Below are positions 17,792-27,163 of a DNA stretch of 64,000 nt, piece by piece. Position 1 is the first letter of the stretch, and every line of letters starts with the position of its first letter. The stretch spans positions 1 through 64,000 of the forward strand of contig JAZKFH010000063.1 in NCBI GenBank assembly GCA_040386535.1, in the 5' to 3' direction. The position numbers and the translations under genes were made by a program. Source of the stretch: Myxococcota bacterium. Its GTDB lineage: Bacteria > Myxococcota_A > UBA796 > SXON01. The notes under the pieces are model-generated. The model saw nothing but the letters and a program-made list of their open reading frames with translations, made no database searches and had not been told where the DNA came from.

Positions 17792-19435
17792 CTACTCGAC
17801 GTACCCGAGCGCCCGCAGCTTCTCGTCGATCGTGCCGACCGGGGTGTCGCCGAGCCGCGCGCGCTCGACGTCGAGGGCGATCGAGAGCGTCGTGAGCACG
17901 TCGGGGTTGGTGGCGGACAGGTCGACGCGCTCGCCGGGGTCGGCGGCGAGGTCGACGAGGCGGGCGTCGTTACCGGAGAGCGTTCGGGTGAGCTTCCACG
18001 GCCAGCGGACGAGGCCCTCGCGCTCCTCGAAGTAGAGGGTGTCGGCGAGCACGAGCGTGCGATCGGGGGGCACGGCGCGCAGGTCGACGCCGCTCGCGGG
18101 CGCCCCGGCCAGGTTCAGGAGGGTCGGCGCCACGTCGACGAGCGACGCGGGCCCGGCGAAGGTGCCGACCGGAACCCCGGGCCCGGCCATCGCGAGCGGG
18201 ATGCGCACGATCTCCTCCCAGAGCGCGTGGCCGTGCTCCCAGCCGCCGTGCTCGCCGAGCTCCTCGCCGTGGTCCGCGGTGTAGACGACGACGGCCTCGG
18301 GGCCCGCGGCGGCGACGAGGCGCGCGAGGGCGGCGTCGGCACGCGCGGCCTCGTTGGTGTAGGCGGCGCGCACCTCGGCGCGGAGCGCGGGCGTCCAGCG
18401 GAGGCTGCCGCGACGGAGGAAGTCGAGGTTGAGGCGGGTGGCGTTTCCTTGGCCGAGGGCGTCGCCGAGCGCGGTGCCGGGCGAGAGATCGGCGTCGAAG
18501 TACGGGAGATGGGGGCCGAGCAGGTGGACCCAGAGGAAGGCGGGGCCCTCCTCCCGGGCCAGCCATGCGAGGGCGCGGTCGACGCGGGCCTCGGGATCGC
18601 GGCCGTGGCGCACGAGCGGCTGGCCACCGAGGTCGATCCCGAACGGATCGAGGAGGAGCGAGCGCGACGGATCGTGGTCGTCGGGGGAGTCCCAGGTGCC
18701 GAACCCTCGCGCGAACCCGCGCGCGCGCGAGATCTGGGGGTTCTCGACGAACGCGCCGGTGCGCCATCCGGCGGCGCGGAGGGACTCGGCGAGGGTGACG
18801 GCGCTGGAGGAGATCCCGGCCACGCGGGTGCGGCCGCCGACGGGCGCGCGCACGATGGCGCCGTGATCGTAGGGGGTGCGGCCGGTGTGGAGCGAGGCGA
18901 GGGCGGGGAGGGTCCACGGGGCGGTGGACCAGGCGGGACCCGACAGGCCGCGGTCGGCCAGGGCGCGGAAGGTGGGGCCGGCGGCGTCGGCGCGGAGGGT
19001 GTCGACGGTGAGGAGGAGGATCGTGGGGCCGGCGGCGCGGGCGGTGGTGGGCGCGGGGGGCGCTTCCGGGAGGGCGAGGGCGTCGCGCGTGTGGAGGGAG
19101 GCCAACGTCGCGGGGATGGCGACGAGGGCGGCGAGCCAGGGGAAGCGGGGGCCGAGCGCGCGGACGCCCAGGGTGAGCATCGTGAGCGCGCCGACGCTCG
19201 CGAGCACGAGGGCCACACCACGGAGATCCCCGACGATCACGGCGGTGCCGAGCACCACGGCGAGGGGGGCGGACCACGGAGAGAGGCGCGACAGGAGGGC
19301 GCCGATCGTGATCCACCCGAGGACGATCCCCGTGGCCGCGGGGGGCGCGCCCCGTGCCAGCGCTACGCCCGCCTCCACCACCCCGACCAACGCCCACGCG
19401 ACGACGGGCGCTACTCGTACCAGGCGGTCTCCCAC
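17792..19435 (-). CDS. Membrane-anchored sulfatase/alkaline-phosphatase-superfamily protein
   Basis: N-terminal TM helices; VDTLRAD, PWTLPA.ASL.TG, H.PY, TADHGE, EHGH motifs; C-terminal LRALGY. The start is uncertain. Confidence 0.82.
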   Translation of the reverse strand: MGDRLVRVAPVVAWALVGVVEAGVALARGAPPAATGIVLGWITIGALLSRLSPWSAPLAVVLGTAVIVGDLRGVALVLASVGALTMLTLGVRALGPRFPWLAALVAIPATLASLHTRDALALPEAPPAPTTARAAGPTILLLTVDTLRADAAGPTFRALADRGLSGPAWSTAPWTLPALASLHTGRTPYDHGAIVRAPVGGRTRVAGISSSAVTLAESLRAAGWRTGAFVENPQISRARGFARGFGTWDSPDDHDPSRSLLLDPFGIDLGGQPLVRHGRDPEARVDRALAWLAREEGPAFLWVHLLGPHLPYFDADLSPGTALGDALGQGNATRLNLDFLRRGSLRWTPALRAEVRAAYTNEAARADAALARLVAAAGPEAVVVYTADHGEELGEHGGWEHGHALWEEIVRIPLAMAGPGVPVGTFAGPASLVDVAPTLLNLAGAPASGVDLRAVPPDRTLVLADTLYFEEREGLVRWPWKLTRTLSGNDARLVDLAADPGERVDLSATNPDVLTTLSIALDVERARLGDTPVGTIDEKLRALGYVE

Positions 19436-19929
19436 GCGGCGCCGTCGATCGTCAGGAACACCGGGCCCACGCCCTTCGCGAACACCTGGGTGCCCGCCCA
19501 CGCGCCTTCCGTCGTGACCTCGACCTCGGCGGCGTCGGGAAACGTGCCGTACACGGTTTCCCACGTGGCGACGGCGCGAATCGTGGCGCCGTCCGCGCTC
19601 TTGCCCGCGAGGACGCTGACGGGGAGCAGGCGCACGTCGTCCACGAACAGGCCGCTCTCCCGACGGGTCGTCCAGGTGGCGACGGGGGTGCCCGCGTCGG
19701 CGGTGGCGCCCTCGGTGAGGGTCCAGGTGGTGTCGGCGACGCGGAGCCAGCGGGAGGGGGTGGCGGTGTCGGGAGCGGCGGTGTCCGGGGCGGCGGTGTC
19801 GGCGGTGTCGCCGGGGGGCACGGGCACGCGCAGCTCGTAGAGGCGGCCCACGTCACCCGCGTAGGAGGCGAAGCCGGCGCCGGCGGTGGTCGCGGGGTTC
19901 TCCGCGCAGGCGACGAGGAGGGGGAGCAT
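19411..19929 (-). CDS. Hypothetical lipoprotein
   Basis: MLPLLVA-C start coupled by TGATG; DTAAP repeats; C-terminal FAKGVGPV strand. Confidence 0.7.
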   Translation of the reverse strand: MLPLLVACAENPATTAGAGFASYAGDVGRLYELRVPVPPGDTADTAAPDTAAPDTATPSRWLRVADTTWTLTEGATADAGTPVATWTTRRESGLFVDDVRLLPVSVLAGKSADGATIRAVATWETVYGTFPDAAEVEVTTEGAWAGTQVFAKGVGPVFLTIDGAAWETAWYE

Positions 19930-21524
19930 CAGTCCGCCCACAGCGGGATGTGGTTGTTCTGGGCGGGATCCTGGCCGGGGAGCCAGAACGCGGGCCAGGA
20001 GGGGTCGAGGCCCTCGCGGGCGCGGGCGGGGTCGAAGGCGGCGACCCAGATCTGGGGGGCGCCGGCCGTGATGGCGCCGTAGGAGCGCTTGGACGAGAAC
20101 GCGAGCCACAACACGTCGTCGTCCGGGAGGGGGCCCCAGCGGGGCCACGAGTTGGTGATGCCGTCCGTCTGGTTGGCGGCCGTGAGCGGGACCGCGCCGC
20201 CGCCCTCCGCGGAGAGGACGTACACGTTGGCGTCGGGATCGTCGTACGAGTCGCCGGTGGAGACGTTGAACGCGATCCACGCGCCGTCGGGCGAATACAC
20301 CGGGTAGTACGCGTTGTACGTGGGACCGAGCACCGCGGGGTCGTACACGACGCGCGGGGCGCCGAACACGCCGTCTCCCAGGTGCTCGAGAAGCGCGATG
20401 CGCCCGCCGGTGAACACCCAGTCCGTGCTGTGGGCCGCCGAGAGCACCACCACCACGTCGTTCCCGTCGGGAGACCAGTCCACCTGCGTGGCCGTGCCGT
20501 CGACCGGGACCTCCCAGAGGAACGCGCCCGTGACGGCGTCGTGGAGGAGGAGGGCGCCGCCGAGCGTCGTGAGCAGGTAGCGCCCGTCGGGGCTGTAGGT
20601 CTTGAAGTTGCCGATCATCCCCGAGCCGTAGGGGACCACGTCGGCGCCGGTCGCCATGTCGCGCACGCCGAGCGGGCCGTCCCCGCCGTCGTAAGTGAAC
20701 GCGATGTCGCCGTCGGGCGAGATGTCGTGGCAGCCGACGCAGTGGCCGGTCGTCGTGGCCGTCAGGTACTCCTCGGCCACGCCGCCGTACGGCACGCGCA
20801 GGAGCCCGGAGACCGAGGTGCTCCAGTAGTAGATCGTGCCGTCACCATCCATGCGGTTGACGTTCAGCGTGCGCCGCGGCTCCGCGACGAGCTCGCCGTC
20901 GATGACCGCGGAGAGCTCGACCTCGAGCGTCGCGCCGCCGTTGGCCCCGACGACGCGGGCCCAGGTCGCCTCGTCCGCCGACCACGACAACGCGGTGGTG
21001 TAGACGGTGAGATCGGTGGTCGCCGCCGTGAAGCGCAGGCGGTAGCCGGAGGCGCCCACGTCCGCCCACTGGAACAGGATGCTCGGCGTGTTGCGCGGGA
21101 AGTTGACGCCGTTCTCGGGGTAGAGCCAGAGCCCGGTCCGCTCGGTGGGGCGCCGATCGTAGCCGCCGGTGGGCGCGCCGTCGGCGACGATCTGCTCGTC
21201 GTAGACCACCGTGAGCTCGGCGGTGGCCTCCAGCCCGTCGAAACGCGCCGTGACCCAGGTGATGCCGCCGTTCTCCGCGGAGGGGGCGAACAGGCCGGTC
21301 TCGTCGATGGTGCCGGAGGTGCGGTTGGACACGGTCCACTCGGCCGCGTCGAGCCGGCCCGACTTGCCGTCCGCGAAGGTGGCGACGACGTCGAACTGGA
21401 GCGCCTCGCCCCCGTCGGGACCGGTGTGCAGCTCGGCCACCGCGGGCTCGACCACGAGCGCGGTCACCTCGGCGTCCGGGGCCTCGACACCGGGGGGCTC
21501 TTCGGGCGCGCACGCCACCAACAT
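19929..21524 (-). CDS. TolB-like/PD40 beta-propeller lipoprotein with Ig-like N-domain and CxxCH motif
   Basis: LVA-C lipobox; SPDG repeats; CVGCH; WLAFSS.R.YG…PQIW…FWLPGQD…NH tail. Confidence 0.8.
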   Translation of the reverse strand: MLVACAPEEPPGVEAPDAEVTALVVEPAVAELHTGPDGGEALQFDVVATFADGKSGRLDAAEWTVSNRTSGTIDETGLFAPSAENGGITWVTARFDGLEATAELTVVYDEQIVADGAPTGGYDRRPTERTGLWLYPENGVNFPRNTPSILFQWADVGASGYRLRFTAATTDLTVYTTALSWSADEATWARVVGANGGATLEVELSAVIDGELVAEPRRTLNVNRMDGDGTIYYWSTSVSGLLRVPYGGVAEEYLTATTTGHCVGCHDISPDGDIAFTYDGGDGPLGVRDMATGADVVPYGSGMIGNFKTYSPDGRYLLTTLGGALLLHDAVTGAFLWEVPVDGTATQVDWSPDGNDVVVVLSAAHSTDWVFTGGRIALLEHLGDGVFGAPRVVYDPAVLGPTYNAYYPVYSPDGAWIAFNVSTGDSYDDPDANVYVLSAEGGGAVPLTAANQTDGITNSWPRWGPLPDDDVLWLAFSSKRSYGAITAGAPQIWVAAFDPARAREGLDPSWPAFWLPGQDPAQNNHIPLWAD

Positions 21525-21571
21525 GAGGACGAGGATTGCCGCCTCCTACGGGGAGGCCGTAGTATACGCCC

Positions 21572-22510
21572 GTGCGCCTGCCCCTGCTGACGACCTTCCT
21601 GACCAGCCTGATGCCCGTGCTCCTGCTCTCCGCCTGCTCGGATCAGGGCTTCGGCACCCTCACGTTCGACGACACGTTCGTCCAGGCGGACGTGGAGCTC
21701 TCGACCGACGTGTTGTTCGTGGTCGACGACTCGGCCTCGATGGAGGAGGAGCAGGATCGCCTCGCGTCGAATTTCGGCGCGTTCGTCGAGGTGCTGGCGT
21801 CGTCCTACGCGGACTGGCAGGTGGGCGTGGTGACCACCGACGTCGACAGCGAGACCGCGGGAATGCTCCGCGGCGGGCTCCTCACCGCCGCCACCCCGGA
21901 TCTGGACGCGGCCTTCCGCGCCGCCGTCGTGGCCGGCACCGAGGGCTCGCGTGACGAGCGGGGCCTCGCGGCCGCCGTCCTCGCGGTCGACCCCGAGCGC
22001 AACCCCGGCTTCGTGCGCGGCGGCTCGCGCTTCAACGTGGTGTTCGTGTCCGACGAGGACGATCACAGCCCCGCCGCGGTGAGCGACTACCTCGGGCGGA
22101 TCGAGGCTGTCGCCGGGGCGGAGTTCGGCGCGCACGCGCTCGTCGGCGACCTGCCCGCGGGCTGCGCCTCCGGCACGTCCGCGGCCGATCCCGGGGGCCG
22201 CTACCTGGACGCGGCCGAGACCACCCTCGGCTTCGTCGAGTCCATCTGCGCGGACGACTACACCGGGCTGCTCACCCGCGTCGGCCTCGACGTGAGCGGC
22301 CTCGCCGACACGTTCGCCCTCTCGCGCCTGCCCTCGGAGGACAGCCTGGAGGTGCGGGTCGAGGGCGTGCTCATCCCCGAGCGCGCAGCGGACGGGTGGA
22401 CCTACTCGCTCGGCGACAACGCGATCGTGTTCCACGGGCGCGCCGTGCCGCGGGCGGGCATGGGCATCGTCGTGACCTACCTGAAGTGGCTGGGGCCGGA
22501 GCCCGAATGA
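21572..22510 (+). CDS. vWA-domain lipoprotein
   Basis: LSA-C lipobox; MIDAS DVLFVVDDSASM; VVTTD and FVSDEDD motifs. Confidence 0.82.
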   Translation: MRLPLLTTFLTSLMPVLLLSACSDQGFGTLTFDDTFVQADVELSTDVLFVVDDSASMEEEQDRLASNFGAFVEVLASSYADWQVGVVTTDVDSETAGMLRGGLLTAATPDLDAAFRAAVVAGTEGSRDERGLAAAVLAVDPERNPGFVRGGSRFNVVFVSDEDDHSPAAVSDYLGRIEAVAGAEFGAHALVGDLPAGCASGTSAADPGGRYLDAAETTLGFVESICADDYTGLLTRVGLDVSGLADTFALSRLPSEDSLEVRVEGVLIPERAADGWTYSLGDNAIVFHGRAVPRAGMGIVVTYLKWLGPEPE

Positions 22511-23793
22511 TCCTGGCGCTCCTGGCGTGCACGGGCCACACGCTGAAGGTGCCCGACGACCGCGTGACCATCCCGGAAGACACCGCGGCCGCCGATACCT
22601 CCGTCGAGATCCTCCCCGGCCTGTCGGACACCGCCGTCCCCGCCGTGCCTCCGAGCGCGCCCGGCCTCGCGACGATCACCTGCGCGGAGGCCTTCCCGAC
22701 GGACGGCAAGACGCCGTGCGGCTTGCGCCTCGAGGACGCCGACGGCGTGCTGGTCTGGGAGGGCACCGCGGGGATGGGGCTGCACGGGCGCTCGTCCGCG
22801 GGGTTCCCCAAGCCGCAGCTCGCGGTGGAGCTCCGCGACGAGGCCGGCAGCGATGCCCCCGCCGATCTGTTCGGCATGGGCGAAGAGGCCGACTGGCTGC
22901 TCAACGGCATGTACGTCGACCGCGCGCTGCTCCGGAACAAGCTCGCCTACGACCTGTTCCGGGACCTGACCGGCGACCGCGACTGGGCCCCCGAGTCCGA
23001 ATACGTCGAGGTGATGTACCAGGGCGCGTACGTGGGCCTGTTCACCCTGGTCGAGCGGATCGACCGTGCCGACGATCGCACCCCGGTCGCCACGGACGAC
23101 GGCACCGGCGCCGCCTTCATCGTGAAGGCCGCCGAGGCCGGCATCCCGTCCACCCTGCAGTACGGCCTGTGGGAGGTCGTCTACCCGCCGACCGCCGCGC
23201 AGACCCCCGAGGTCTTCGCGGGCGTCACCGCGCGGCTCGGGCGGATGGAGTCCCTGCTCGCCGCGCGTGATCCGGCGTTGTGGGACGAGGTCGACCTCGA
23301 CAGCGCCGTCGCCTTCGTGCTGATCGAGGAGGCGTTCAAGAACAACGACGCCTTCTACCTGTCGCACCACGTCTACGTGCACGAGGACGGCAAGCTGCAC
23401 TTCGCCCCGTGGGACCTCGATCTCTCGCTCGGACAGCCCTCCTACAACGACAACGAGAATCCCGCCTCGTGGCTCGCCTACCGCCCCGAGATCGTGCTCG
23501 GGATGGCGCGGTACACGCGCTTCTCCGGCCGGATGGCGTCGATGTGGGCGGAGTGGCGCGCGGGGGATCTGTCCGACGCGGCGTTCGACGCGCGGCTCAC
23601 GGCCCAGGTGCGCGCGCTGGGCGGGGCGCCGGCCCGCAACTTCGAGCGCTGGCCCATCGGGGACATCCAGTTCAGCGGCTACCTCTACGCGGTGAGCTCC
23701 TACGAGGAGGAGATCGAGCGGGTGCTGGCCTTCGCCCACGCACGCTTCGCCTGGATGGACGCGAACGTGGCGGCCTGGGGGGCAGCCGGCTGA
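22507..23793 (+). CDS. CotH kinase family lipoprotein
   Basis: MILALLA-C; HGRSS..FPK, DRALLRN.LAY, YVGLF…ERI and PWDLDLSLG motifs. Confidence 0.85.
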   Translation: MILALLACTGHTLKVPDDRVTIPEDTAAADTSVEILPGLSDTAVPAVPPSAPGLATITCAEAFPTDGKTPCGLRLEDADGVLVWEGTAGMGLHGRSSAGFPKPQLAVELRDEAGSDAPADLFGMGEEADWLLNGMYVDRALLRNKLAYDLFRDLTGDRDWAPESEYVEVMYQGAYVGLFTLVERIDRADDRTPVATDDGTGAAFIVKAAEAGIPSTLQYGLWEVVYPPTAAQTPEVFAGVTARLGRMESLLAARDPALWDEVDLDSAVAFVLIEEAFKNNDAFYLSHHVYVHEDGKLHFAPWDLDLSLGQPSYNDNENPASWLAYRPEIVLGMARYTRFSGRMASMWAEWRAGDLSDAAFDARLTAQVRALGGAPARNFERWPIGDIQFSGYLYAVSSYEEEIERVLAFAHARFAWMDANVAAWGAAG

Positions 23794-23896
23794 TCGTGCT
23801 TCTGGTAGGGCGGCCGGGATTCTGGGGCGTTCTCGCGCAATGACCGATTGACGAGGGGGGTGGCGGATGGCACCTTGGGCCACCGTCGGAGATCCC

Positions 23897-25378
23897 ATGC
23901 GTGTGCTCGTCTGCTATCCGCCCATCGAGTCGGCGAAGGGCTCCCCGATGCTCACGCAGAACCGCCAGTTCCAGTGGTTCCACGATCCGAGCTACCTCTA
24001 CCCGTGCATCCCCGCCTCGGCGGCCACGCTCCTGCAGAGCAACGGCCACGAGGTGCACTGGGTCGACTGCATCGCCGAGAAGAAGAGCTGGGCGCAGTTC
24101 GATCGCATCCTCGAGGACTTCAAGCCCGAGCTGGTGGCGATGGAGACCAAGTCTCCCGTCGTGAAGATGCACTGGAAGATCGTCAAGCACATCAAGGAGC
24201 TGGTGCCCGGCGCCCAGTGTGTGCTCTTCGGGGACCACATCGCCGGCAACCCCAGCGAGACCCTCGAAGAGAGCGAGACCGACTACTGCATCCAGGGCGG
24301 CGACTACGACTTCTCCCTCCAGTCGCTGGTGGACTGGATCACGAAGGGGACGAAGCTCGGCGGCGGCATCTGGTGGAAGGAGAACGGCACGGTCAAGAAC
24401 AGCGGGCCCTACACCAACGAGGGGAACCTCGAAGAGTTGCCCTTCTGGGACCGTGACCTCACCAACGCGCACCTCTACTTCGAGAAGTGGAAGTACCGCC
24501 TGCCGTTCATGTGGACCATGGCCGGGCGCGACTGCCCGTACGGCAAGTGCACGTTCTGCTCGTGGACCGTGACCTACCCCAAGTTCCGCACCGTCTCGCC
24601 CGAGCGCCTGGCCGACGAGATGGAGATGCTCATCACGCGCCACGGCGCGAAGAACATCTTCGACGACACGGGCGCGCTCCCGACCGGCAACTGGCTCACA
24701 CGCCTGTGCCACGAGATGGTCGACCGGAAGATCAACGAGAAGGTCGTCTTCGACTGCAACTTCCGCTTTGACTACTTCACCGAGAAGAACGTCCACCTGA
24801 TGAAGAAGGCGGGCTTCCGCAAGCTCATCCTCGGCATCGAGTCCGCGTCGGAACGCACGATCGACATCCTCGACAAGTCGCTCACCCGCGAGCAGATCGT
24901 CGAGGGCTGCAAGATGGCGTCCGCGGCGGGGTTGCAGCCGCACCTCACGATGATGGTCGGCTACCCGTGGGAGACCAAGGAGGACGCCTACGAGACCCTC
25001 TCGTTGGCGAAGTACCTGATGCACAACGGGTACGCGCACCACCTCCAGGCCACCGTGGTCATGCCCTACCCGGGCACGCCGCTGTTCGATCTTTGCCAGA
25101 AGAACGGCTGGATCCGCTTCGATCCGAAGGACTACGACCGCTACGACATGACCGAACCCGCCTGTGTCCTCACCGACATGAGCCAGGAAGAGGTCGTGCA
25201 GATGGCCGGGCAGTTCTACAAGCTCTACGTCCACCCCAAGTTCCTGGCCCACCAGCTGCGGAACCTGCACTCGATGGACGATCTCGACTACATGACCCGC
25301 GGCGTCAAGGCGATCTGGGGCCACATCAAGGACTTCGCGAACATCCGCCAGGATCACGGCGGGATCTCGGCGAAGTAG
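23897..25378 (+). CDS. B12-binding-domain radical SAM protein
   Basis: N-terminal cobalamin-binding-like domain; CPYGKCTFC cluster motif; GIES, MVGYPWE and PYPGTPL. Confidence 0.88.
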   Translation: MRVLVCYPPIESAKGSPMLTQNRQFQWFHDPSYLYPCIPASAATLLQSNGHEVHWVDCIAEKKSWAQFDRILEDFKPELVAMETKSPVVKMHWKIVKHIKELVPGAQCVLFGDHIAGNPSETLEESETDYCIQGGDYDFSLQSLVDWITKGTKLGGGIWWKENGTVKNSGPYTNEGNLEELPFWDRDLTNAHLYFEKWKYRLPFMWTMAGRDCPYGKCTFCSWTVTYPKFRTVSPERLADEMEMLITRHGAKNIFDDTGALPTGNWLTRLCHEMVDRKINEKVVFDCNFRFDYFTEKNVHLMKKAGFRKLILGIESASERTIDILDKSLTREQIVEGCKMASAAGLQPHLTMMVGYPWETKEDAYETLSLAKYLMHNGYAHHLQATVVMPYPGTPLFDLCQKNGWIRFDPKDYDRYDMTEPACVLTDMSQEEVVQMAGQFYKLYVHPKFLAHQLRNLHSMDDLDYMTRGVKAIWGHIKDFANIRQDHGGISAK

Positions 25379-25382
25379 AGCC

Positions 25383-25970
25383 GTGCAGGCCTGGACTGCC
25401 GCCGACCACGCGTGGGCCGTCCCGCTCATGGCGGCGGCGTTCGCCGACGATCCGGGGTTTCAGTGGATGTTCCCCGACCCCGCGCGGCGCCCGAAGCAGC
25501 TCGTGTGGCTGGAGGGGTTCCTCGCGCGCACCAAGAGCGCGTCGTGCCTGCGCGACCACGTGGACAGGCAGGCCGTGGCGATGTGGTACCCCCCGGGGCC
25601 CGGCGCGGTCACCTCCTTCTGGAGCGAGCTCCGCGCGGGGCTCCTCGGCGCGCCCCTGGCGCTCGGGTTGGAGGGCACGGTGCGTGGGCTGCGGGCGGAC
25701 ACCGCCGCGAAGCGCCGCCTGGAGCGTGTGGTGTGGCCCGCGTGGTACCTCGACACGCTCGCGGTCGATCCGGACGCGCAGGGGAGGGGGCTGGGTGGCG
25801 AGCTCCTGCGGCTCGGCCTCTCGCGGGCCGGCGACGCGCCGGTCGTGCTCTTCACGGTCAAGGCGTCCAACGTGGACTTCTACCGGAAGTTCGGCTTCGT
25901 CGTGACGGAGGCCTCGCCGCTGGTCGAGGGCGGGCCCCCGGCGTGGACGATGCGGCGGGAGGGGCGGTAG
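25383..25970 (+). CDS. GNAT N-acetyltransferase
   Basis: AFADDP, WYL.TLAVDP.AQGRGLG and N..FY.KFGF motifs. Confidence 0.88.
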   Translation: MQAWTAADHAWAVPLMAAAFADDPGFQWMFPDPARRPKQLVWLEGFLARTKSASCLRDHVDRQAVAMWYPPGPGAVTSFWSELRAGLLGAPLALGLEGTVRGLRADTAAKRRLERVVWPAWYLDTLAVDPDAQGRGLGGELLRLGLSRAGDAPVVLFTVKASNVDFYRKFGFVVTEASPLVEGGPPAWTMRREGR

Positions 25971-26012
25971 GGGGATCGCGCGCCGCGGAGCACCTGTGCG
26001 ATAGTGCGCGCC

Positions 26013-26381
26013 ATGCCCATCGTCGCCACCGTCCTCGTCGCCATCGTCGCGCTCCTCCACACCTGGTTCCTCGTCCTCGAGATGTTCCTCTGGGAGAAGC
26101 CCCTCGGCCGCAAGACCTTCGGAAACTCGGCCGAGAAGGCGAAGTTGACCGCGGTGCTCGCCAAGAACCAGGGCCTCTACAACGGCTTTCTCGTGGCGGG
26201 GCTCGTGTGGGGGATGGTGCTGGCGGCGCAGGGCGCGGCGCACGCGCAGGACGTGGAGACGTTCTTCCTCGCCTGCGTCGTGGTCGCCGGGGCGTACGGC
26301 GCCGCGACGGTGTCTCCGCGCATCTTCCTCATCCAGGCGATGCCTGCGATCCTCGCGCTCGTCGCGGTGTGGACGGCGTAG
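26013..26381 (+). CDS. DUF1304-family membrane protein
   Basis: H..FL.LEMFLW, NQGLYNGFL and YGAAT…I..IQA.PA motifs. Confidence 0.88.
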   Translation: MPIVATVLVAIVALLHTWFLVLEMFLWEKPLGRKTFGNSAEKAKLTAVLAKNQGLYNGFLVAGLVWGMVLAAQGAAHAQDVETFFLACVVVAGAYGAATVSPRIFLIQAMPAILALVAVWTA

Positions 26382-26386
26382 TTCGC

Positions 26387-27121
26387 CTAACGAACGGTCG
26401 GCCCCGTCACGACGCTCACGGGCTTTCCGAGCGCGCGCAATGGCGTGGCGTCGCCCTCGCCGAGGAGGATCACCCGGTCGAGCGCGGCGGTGCCGTTCGG
26501 GAGCTCGCCCATGATCGCGAAGGGGGGCCCGAGCCTGCCTGTCGCCGCAGCGCGCACCCACCCTTCGGTGGCGATCTCGTGGGCGACCGTCAGGACGCGG
26601 CGGCGCACGCTCCAGCCCGCTCCATCCGCTGACACCGGCGGCGTCAGGGTCACCGCGGCCGCGACCTCGCGCGCCATCGCGCCCGTGCCCCGGTGCAGCT
26701 GGAGCCAGACGGCGGCTTGCGCGTCGAGCAGGACCCGGCCGACGCGCCGGGCGTCCCCGTCGTACCAGGCGGCCTCGCCGATGGGATCCCAGAGCCCGAT
26801 CCACCCCGAGACCGCTTCGGACAGGCCGCGGCCGAGCCGGTCGATCCAGCAGCCCCAGTTGGCCAGCGCGTCGGGGTCGAGCCACCCGCCGCGAGCGATC
26901 TGCCAGTCGGGGAGGGCGCCCGCGTGCGCCACGATCCACACCTCCGCCCCGCGCTTTTTGGCGACGCCGACGGCGCGGCGCCACGCGGTGAGCTCCGCGT
27001 CGTCATACCGACCGCGCTCGGGCTCTCCCCGCGCCCAGCTGGCGAACAGCACGAGCGTGCCCGGCGTCGCCTGCGCGGCGCCCGCGTCCCACCCGCCCCG
27101 CCATACCGTTCCCGCCCGCAC
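26387..27121 (-). CDS. Degenerate glycoside hydrolase family 1-like protein
   Basis: SWAR.EP..G.YD and H..LP.W…GGW motifs; NEP replaced by WDP; only about 245 aa; GGAGG before the GTG. Confidence 0.6.
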   Translation of the reverse strand: MRAGTVWRGGWDAGAAQATPGTLVLFASWARGEPERGRYDDAELTAWRRAVGVAKKRGAEVWIVAHAGALPDWQIARGGWLDPDALANWGCWIDRLGRGLSEAVSGWIGLWDPIGEAAWYDGDARRVGRVLLDAQAAVWLQLHRGTGAMAREVAAAVTLTPPVSADGAGWSVRRRVLTVAHEIATEGWVRAAATGRLGPPFAIMGELPNGTAALDRVILLGEGDATPLRALGKPVSVVTGPTVR

Positions 27122-27163
27122 GTGCTCGGCCTCCGCGATAGGGCCGCGTATCCCGGAGAACGT

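Noticed and set aside
23897..25378. Specific assignment of the radical SAM enzyme (e.g. a hopanoid or RiPP methylase)
   Set aside because: No supporting pathway genes or precursor peptide nearby; the Cx4Cx2C spacing occurs in other B12 radical SAM proteins.
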